From Chitinophagaceae bacterium (lineage in GTDB: Bacteria > Bacteroidota > Bacteroidia > Chitinophagales > Chitinophagaceae), in assembly GCA_016719165.1 (NCBI GenBank), contig JADKAJ010000001.1, forward strand, positions 733,669 through 797,668: a stretch of DNA of 64,000 nucleotides. The letters run 5' to 3'. Below are positions 59,455-64,000 of this stretch, in pieces. The position numbers and the translations under genes are program-made. The notes beneath the pieces are model-generated. The model was given only the letters and a program-made list of their open reading frames with translations, did not search any database and was not told the origin of the DNA. Positions within the stretch are counted from its first letter, which is position 1. Each line of letters begins with the position of its first letter.

Positions 59455-59592
59455 GGATTTGGACACGGTGACACTTGGTCGGTTTTCAAGGATCTCTTTT
59501 GGACTTCTTTGGTTTTTCGATCGGATCTGGACTTCAATTGGTTTTTCTGGAAATCTGGATCTTGTTGGTCTTTCTAAGGATTCGGTTTTTTA
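59455..59592. repeat. Degenerate tandem repeat, about 5 copies, period ~34 bp (last interval 21 bp)
   Basis: The copies start at 59455, 59490, 59523, 59557 and 59578, with approximate consensus GGATCT-GGACTT-N-TTGGT-TTTTC. No ORF with a start codon covers the array. Confidence 0.6.
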
Positions 59593-59818
59593 ATTCTTCA
59601 ATAAGTATTGGATGATTGGAGAACAAAAATAATTGGCAATTCATTAATAAAACAGAGCAAAATAACCTCTTTTTTTTACGACAGTTTTTACCTTTTTTAT
59701 CGTAAAGCCGCCACTGCCAGGTTGCGGATTTACTCAGTTAATTTATCGTAGAACTACGAATACAGCCTGTACAACAGTTGCCAGGCTTATTTTAAAACAA
59801 TAGTAAAGGTTTATTGCA

Positions 59819-61177
59819 TTAGTTTCCCAATGCCTGGATAACATCATACTTTGTAACGATATGGTAATTGCCGGCCTCATCTTTAGCCAGCACCGCCCCA
59901 TTTTCTTTATTAATCAGATGGCTTAGTTTCTCAACCGGTGTATCAAAAGCCACAATCGGGAAAGAAGGTTCGAGTACTTCCTGTACAGTTGAATTTTTTA
60001 TTTCGGGGTTATCAAATATTTTCTGAAACAAACCTCCTTCGCTGATGGCACCAACAGAACCATTTTCATTCATTACAGGTATTTGTTCAATGTCATATTT
60101 TTTCATCAGTTCAACTGCTTCCAAAACTGTTTGCCCCGGTTCTACAGTGATCAAACGTTTGGTGCCTCTGGAGCTTACCACATCGCGGAAAGTTTTTACA
60201 TCGAGGAAGCCCCGTTCTATCATCCACTGATCATTATAGATTTTACCAACATACCGGCTGCCATGATCATGAAAAATACAAACAACCATGTCCTCTTTTT
60301 TCAAACGGTCTTTCAATTGCAATAAACCCTGTATACAACTGCCGGCACTGTAACCACAGAATAATCCTTCTTCTTTAGCCAGGCGTCTTGCCATCACTGC
60401 TCCATCTTTATCAGTTACCTGTTCAAAATAGTCGATAACACTCATATCATAATTCTTGGGTACAAAGTCTTCTCCGAAACCTTCGCTGATATAGGGATGT
60501 ACTTCGTTCATGTCGATCTCGCCAGTACGAAAATATTTGGTAAGCAAAGAGCCATATACATCAATAGCCCAAATCTGGATGTTTGGATTTTTTTCTTTCA
60601 GGTATTGTGCAGTTCCGGTAATGGTGCCGCCTGTTCCTGCGGTACATACCAGGTGTGTAATTTTTCCATCAGTTTGTTTCCATATCTCAGGGCCGGTTGT
60701 TTCATAATGTGCCAAACGGTTGGCCAGGTTATCATACTGGTTCATATGGAAGGAGTTGGGGACTTCTTTGGCCAGCCGGGCTGCTACACTGTAATAACTT
60801 CTCGGGTCCTCCGGTAATACATTGGTTGGGCAAACGATCACTTCAGCTCCTACAGCTTTCAGGATATCAGCTTTTTCTTTAGATTGTTTTTCTGTGGTAA
60901 CAAAAATGCATTTGTACCCTTTTACTACTGCAGCAAGGGCTAATCCCATCCCTGTATTACCGCTGGTGCCTTCAATGATGGTACCACCGGGTTTCAGTTT
61001 GCCTTCTTTTTCGGCTACTTCCACCATCTTTAATGCCATCCGGTCTTTGATTGAGTTACCGGGATTGAAATAGTCAACTTTTGCTAACACAGTACAGGGA
61101 AGATCCCTGGTGATTTTATTCAGCCTGATCAAAGGTGTATTCCCAATTGTCTCGAGTATATTATTTTTTATATCCAT
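59819..61177 (-). CDS. Cystathionine beta-synthase (PLP-dependent CysK-fold domain plus tandem CBS domains)
   Basis: The start is taken at MDIKNNILETIGNTPLIRLNKI. …NPGNSIKDRMAL…GTSGNTGMGLA… is followed by a C-terminal CBS pair. The longer ORF to 61264 would overlap the upstream gene and the promoter box. Confidence 0.85.
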   Translation of the reverse strand: MDIKNNILETIGNTPLIRLNKITRDLPCTVLAKVDYFNPGNSIKDRMALKMVEVAEKEGKLKPGGTIIEGTSGNTGMGLALAAVVKGYKCIFVTTEKQSKEKADILKAVGAEVIVCPTNVLPEDPRSYYSVAARLAKEVPNSFHMNQYDNLANRLAHYETTGPEIWKQTDGKITHLVCTAGTGGTITGTAQYLKEKNPNIQIWAIDVYGSLLTKYFRTGEIDMNEVHPYISEGFGEDFVPKNYDMSVIDYFEQVTDKDGAVMARRLAKEEGLFCGYSAGSCIQGLLQLKDRLKKEDMVVCIFHDHGSRYVGKIYNDQWMIERGFLDVKTFRDVVSSRGTKRLITVEPGQTVLEAVELMKKYDIEQIPVMNENGSVGAISEGGLFQKIFDNPEIKNSTVQEVLEPSFPIVAFDTPVEKLSHLINKENGAVLAKDEAGNYHIVTKYDVIQALGN

Positions 61178-61194
61178 AGTCTTTGTTGAATTTG

Positions 61195-61202
61195 CAAATT
61201 TA
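61195..61202 (-). promoter_or_regulatory. -7 promoter box (TAAATTTG on the minus strand) for the CBS gene
   Basis: The reverse complement of caaattta matches TAnnTTTG, 18 nt upstream of the ATG at 61177. Confidence 0.45.
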
Positions 61203-61223
61203 CAAAACGATATCATCCTGATT

Positions 61224-61880
61224 CTAATCAGGCCAGTTAAAACCGCCTCCCTTTTCTTTATCAATTTCTTGGAATTGGGCCTTTAATAGCTTAGCTCTTG
61301 CGGCGATTAAAGCGGGAAACCCGGGATTGGCTTTGAAAAGTTTGAAGGTTTTTAATACCCCCTCTTTAAATAACAGATGGATACCTTTGTTATAATAAAG
61401 GTATTCGTCATATCCCGGGTAAGGGGTTTTGATAAACTGATCACCAAAGTATTTTTTACATTTCTCTGCATCATCTTCAAATCGGATATTCTCATTAATA
61501 AGTACTTTCTCTGCCAGAGTATTGTCCGGTAAATAGGAAGTAACAATTATGCAGTTTACTTTCCCCTTTAACAGAAAAATTTTAAATATGGGCCATTTCC
61601 TGTTTAAATCATCATCCAGGACAAGGCATTTGTCAAAGCCAAGAACAAACTGGGTAATGCTGTCTATGGCCACTGTCCGGTTATGATGCCAGAAAGCGGT
61701 CATTTCTTCTTTGAATGTTTTTTCTTCCATCGAATCGCCCAGGATAGCTTTTACCTGTATTTCCGTCATCCCGATACTGATATCTCCGCAGCCAATCCCT
61801 GCAGTTACAGATGTCGTTTGCTGTGCTATCAATACAAATGAGAAAATAACTCCAGCGAAAAGGGTGGTAATTTGTTTCAT
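61224..61880 (-). CDS. Secreted hypothetical protein
   Basis: 218 aa with signal peptide MKQITTLFAGVIFSFVLIAQ. I recognise no family. Confidence 0.6.
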   Translation of the reverse strand: MKQITTLFAGVIFSFVLIAQQTTSVTAGIGCGDISIGMTEIQVKAILGDSMEEKTFKEEMTAFWHHNRTVAIDSITQFVLGFDKCLVLDDDLNRKWPIFKIFLLKGKVNCIIVTSYLPDNTLAEKVLINENIRFEDDAEKCKKYFGDQFIKTPYPGYDEYLYYNKGIHLLFKEGVLKTFKLFKANPGFPALIAARAKLLKAQFQEIDKEKGGGFNWPD

Positions 61881-61937
61881 ATGTTAAGCTCCAAAGCGGC
61901 GAAGATAAACTAACGCCTGTTACTTTTTGACTCTAAA

Positions 61938-61970
61938 ATAAAAAGCCCCTCCTGATACCAGAAGGGGCCT
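61938..61970 (-). terminator. Rho-independent terminator after the anti-sigma gene
   Basis: On the minus strand: GGCCCCTTC-TGGTATCA-GGAGGGGC (one mismatch) followed by TTTTTATTTT. Confidence 0.65.
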
Positions 61971-61994
61971 ACCGGACTTAATGATAATTTATCA

Positions 61995-62513
61995 TCAAGC
62001 TTCTTTTCTGAATTGTTTTCTTTTATTACTGAAATAATTATCCAGTAAAACCAGTCCTAACAAGACATTGATCATCATAAATGCATTAACCCATGTATTA
62101 TTAAAGAATTTAGTGTAATCTATTTTACTTAGTTTATCAGTAATGGCACTGCTTTCACCTGTATTCCAATCCATTTGACTAAAACCGTAAATAAGAATAG
62201 CAACCAGCATGGTCATGAAAAACAAACCAATACCCCAGATAATTCTTTTATTGATATAGGATTTGGTAGCGGGGGCAATATGCATTTTCGCTATCTCTTC
62301 CATAACATTTTTTGTAAACCGCATAGAGGGTGCCTCCAGTTCCGATGATTGAAGCATCTCATTTACCTCCAGCAGTTCACTGTATTTTGCTTTCCATTCA
62401 ACATCTGTCTGTAGTAATCTTTCTATGACTGTTTTTTCTTCCAGGGAAGAATGGCCATCAATAAATTCCCACAAACGTTCTTCGATATTTCGTTGCGTAT
62501 TCATACAATTCAA
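61995..62513 (-). CDS. Membrane-anchored anti-sigma factor (putative)
   Basis: 172 aa with an N-terminal helical domain (…IEERLWEFIDGHSSLEEKTVIERLL…) and two TM segments. There is a 4-nt ATGA overlap with the ECF sigma gene. Confidence 0.65.
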   Translation of the reverse strand: MNCMNTQRNIEERLWEFIDGHSSLEEKTVIERLLQTDVEWKAKYSELLEVNEMLQSSELEAPSMRFTKNVMEEIAKMHIAPATKSYINKRIIWGIGLFFMTMLVAILIYGFSQMDWNTGESSAITDKLSKIDYTKFFNNTWVNAFMMINVLLGLVLLDNYFSNKRKQFRKEA

Positions 62514-63091
62514 TTTAAATCTTTTACTTCATGTGCAAAATGAGTTTCCATCTTTTCCTTTAGTCTTGTTCTTGCCCGGTGTAACCGCACCTTTGCTGTA
62601 TTAACCTCCAATCCCAGGATCTGTGCAATTTCTTCGAGTGACTGTTCACTTTTATAAAACAATGTAATAATCTCCGCATCGTCTGGCCCCATTAAACCAA
62701 TAGCGTTATGTACCATTGATTGTCTTGATTTTTGTTCCACCAGGTTTGCCCTGAATCCCGAATCCATGCTGTCGGCTACCTCAAACACTTTTTCATTATC
62801 CAGCGAATGAATCTCCAGCTTCTTCTTTCTCAGGAAGCTGATACAGGTGTTGTTTACAATGGTATACAACCAGGTGCTGAACTTAGAGGCACCCCGGAAG
62901 TCAGCCAGGTATTTAAATGCTTTAATAAATACATCCTGAGCCACTTCCTCAGCATCCTCCCTGTTTTTTACCATTCGCAGCGTTAGTGTGAAAACGTAGT
63001 TCTGGTAACGGTTCACCAACCCGGCATATGCCTGGTGATCACCACTTAGCACTTTGCTAATGAGTTCATTATCATTTAGTCCGGTAGACAT
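62510..63091 (-). CDS. ECF-type RNA polymerase sigma-70 family factor
   Basis: 193 aa with region 2 (…YQNYVFTLTLRMVKNREDAEEVAQDVFIKAF…FSTWLYTIVNN…) and region 4 (…SLEEIAQILGLEVNTAKVRLHRAR…). Confidence 0.9.
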   Translation of the reverse strand: MSTGLNDNELISKVLSGDHQAYAGLVNRYQNYVFTLTLRMVKNREDAEEVAQDVFIKAFKYLADFRGASKFSTWLYTIVNNTCISFLRKKKLEIHSLDNEKVFEVADSMDSGFRANLVEQKSRQSMVHNAIGLMGPDDAEIITLFYKSEQSLEEIAQILGLEVNTAKVRLHRARTRLKEKMETHFAHEVKDLN

Positions 63092-63098
63092 CCTTATA

Positions 63099-63128
63099 TA
63101 AGACTACACGATAAGTTTTTAGGTTACA
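63099..63128 (-). promoter_or_regulatory. ECF-type promoter motif TGTAAC-N18-GTCTTA (autoregulatory candidate)
   Basis: The minus strand reads TGTAAC(63128-63123)-18 nt-GTC(63104-63102). The GTC ends 10 nt before the sigma gene ATG. Confidence 0.5.
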
Positions 63129-63190
63129 ATACAAATTACGATTAATTGTCCCTAACTCCGGAAGGGGAAATAAGAAAGTTTAGAAAAAGC

Positions 63191-63220
63191 TGTAACCGGG
63201 CTTCACCGGCTGTAGTCATA
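63191..63220 (+). promoter_or_regulatory. ECF-type promoter motif TGTAAC-N18-GTCATA (distal copy)
   Basis: Plus strand: TGTAAC(63191-63196)-18 nt-GTC(63215-63217). It points toward the 63333 gene. Confidence 0.45.
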
Positions 63221-63258
63221 GTTACTGTAAACCGATTTGAAAAAAAGTTCCTGAAGGC

Positions 63259-63288
63259 TGTAACCCGGATCAAATACCGGTAGTCATA
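63259..63288 (+). promoter_or_regulatory. ECF-type promoter motif TGTAAC-N18-GTCATA (proximal copy)
   Basis: Plus strand: TGTAAC(63259-63264)-18 nt-GTC(63283-63285), 48 nt upstream of the ATG at 63333. Confidence 0.45.
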
Positions 63289-63332
63289 AAAGGACAAACA
63301 AACAAAAATTAATAATAATAAAAACTACCATT

Positions 63333-63713
63333 ATGGACGCAGGAGAAGTTTTAATACCGATTACAATGTTTGCAGGAGGATTTGCAATGATTTTTGGTAT
63401 TTACTATTTAAAAACCCGCCAGAACCTGGCAATGATTGAGAAAGGAATGAACCCGAAAGAGTTTGCTAACCGGCCGGCTCCTTATAAAAATCTTAAATGG
63501 GCATTATTGCTGATTGGGGCTGGTACCGGTTTGTTCCTGGCATATTTACTCGACAATTACATGCTACCAGTGGAGATCAACAAGTTTGGTAATCATGGTG
63601 ACAGAAATGTACCTATTTACTTTGCCCTTATAGCCATCGGCGGTGGTCTTGGATTGTTTGGTTCTTACCGAATTGAAAAGAAATGGTGGGACGATAATAA
63701 AGACAAGCAATAA
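63333..63713 (+). CDS. Small membrane protein (3-4 TM), divergent from the ECF sigma operon
   Basis: 126 aa: MDAGEVLIPITMFAGGFAMIFGIYYL… It is hydrophobic with a charged C-terminal tail. Confidence 0.65.
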   Translation: MDAGEVLIPITMFAGGFAMIFGIYYLKTRQNLAMIEKGMNPKEFANRPAPYKNLKWALLLIGAGTGLFLAYLLDNYMLPVEINKFGNHGDRNVPIYFALIAIGGGLGLFGSYRIEKKWWDDNKDKQ

Positions 63714-63727
63714 CCTCACCACACACA

Positions 63728-64000
63728 TTACCCGGAAGCAACAGCGAAAACTGTTGCTTTTTTTATTTTGCAATTGTCTCTATTGCTTTTTTTTACCATA
63801 GCATCATTGCTGTTCAGTACCTGGTAAAAACCGGCATTTCTCCATTTGTACCGGGCCAGCAATGCTTTTAATCTTTGCTGCACTAACTCTTTTTCTTTTC
63901 CTGCTACCGATTTAAAGTTTACAGAGTCGGTTGCCGTGAATTTTACCAGGTCGTTCCAGATACCTTCTATATTGTTAAACCCAGTGATGAAGTCAGCTGT
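63728..64000 (-). CDS. 3' end of a gene truncated by the window edge (unknown product)
   Basis: This is the only open minus-strand frame from 64000 down to the TAA at 63730-63728 (…FNNIEGIWNDLVKFTATDSVNFKSVAGKEKELVQQRLKALLARYKWRNAGFYQVLNSNDAMVKK…). It is missing from the ORF track because no start codon lies in the window. The last ~20 codons run through an A8 tract and the terminator hairpin, so the real C-terminus is uncertain. Confidence 0.4.
   Translation of the reverse strand, partial: TADFITGFNNIEGIWNDLVKFTATDSVNFKSVAGKEKELVQQRLKALLARYKWRNAGFYQVLNSNDAMVKKSNRDNCKIKKATVFAVASG
63736..63766. terminator. Rho-independent terminator (bidirectional geometry)
   Basis: AAGCAACAG-CGAAAA-CTGTTGCTT followed by a T8 run. 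Confidence 0.75.

Noticed and set aside
59455-59592. CRISPR array
   Set aside because: The repeats are degenerate and of unequal length, they lack unique spacers of constant size, and no cas genes are in the window.
59321-59818. Possible cobalamin riboswitch upstream of the BtuF-like gene
   Set aside because: I looked on the minus strand for the B12 box and the conserved GGTG…AATCC…GCCACTG core. The only resemblance is GCCGCCACTG at about 59708-59717, which is on the wrong (plus) strand and out of order relative to GCGGATTTAC. I saw no B12-box-like element. cmscan against RF00174 would settle it.
61178-61264. N-terminal extension of the cystathionine beta-synthase ORF
   Set aside because: It would overlap the upstream gene's 3' end and a TAAATTTG -7 box. 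The canonical N-terminus (MDIKNNILETIGNTPLIRL) starts at 61177.

Overview
By eye this is a 64-kb chromosomal segment from a Bacteroidota genome, probably Chitinophagaceae- or Sphingobacteriia-like. Supporting signs are recurrent TAnnTTTG -7 promoter boxes, many lipoproteins, CarboxypepD_reg-type TonB receptors and moderate GC. I call about 60 protein genes, 2 tRNAs (Gly-CCC, His-GTG), several rho-independent terminators and a set of promoter motifs. I saw no rRNA, CRISPR array, transposase, integrase, or recognisable defence or toxin-antitoxin genes. Most genes are housekeeping: purC, purM, ribF, holA, ftsE, pcm, pgm, katG/oxyR, cysE/cysK, a CBS-domain cystathionine beta-synthase, class I and class II FBP aldolases, an S41 protease and a penicillin-acylase-family hydrolase. 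None of the points below is a demonstrated new system, and all functional ideas are inference. Worth a second look: (1) two tandem paralogous modular surface proteins at the left edge, with 3 vs 2 copies of a 254-aa cassette and an unusual shared 70-aa C-terminal tail; (2) two paralogous TM/coiled-coil/beta-domain proteins bracketing a secreted ASKHA (Ppx/GppA- or CD39-like) phosphatase-like protein; (3) a lipoprotein with a duplicated GLNPAHGQPGHRCDI motif plus a DinB protein next to divergent oxyR-katG; (4) an orphan protein with kinase-like motifs; (5) a 500-bp non-coding region with a degenerate ~34-bp periodic repeat and a perfect 12-bp hairpin; (6) three copies of one ECF-type promoter motif (TGTAAC-N18-GTC) around an ECF sigma/anti-sigma pair; (7) a normally adjacent Fe-S oxidoreductase gene pair separated here by about 4 kb of mixed-orientation genes.
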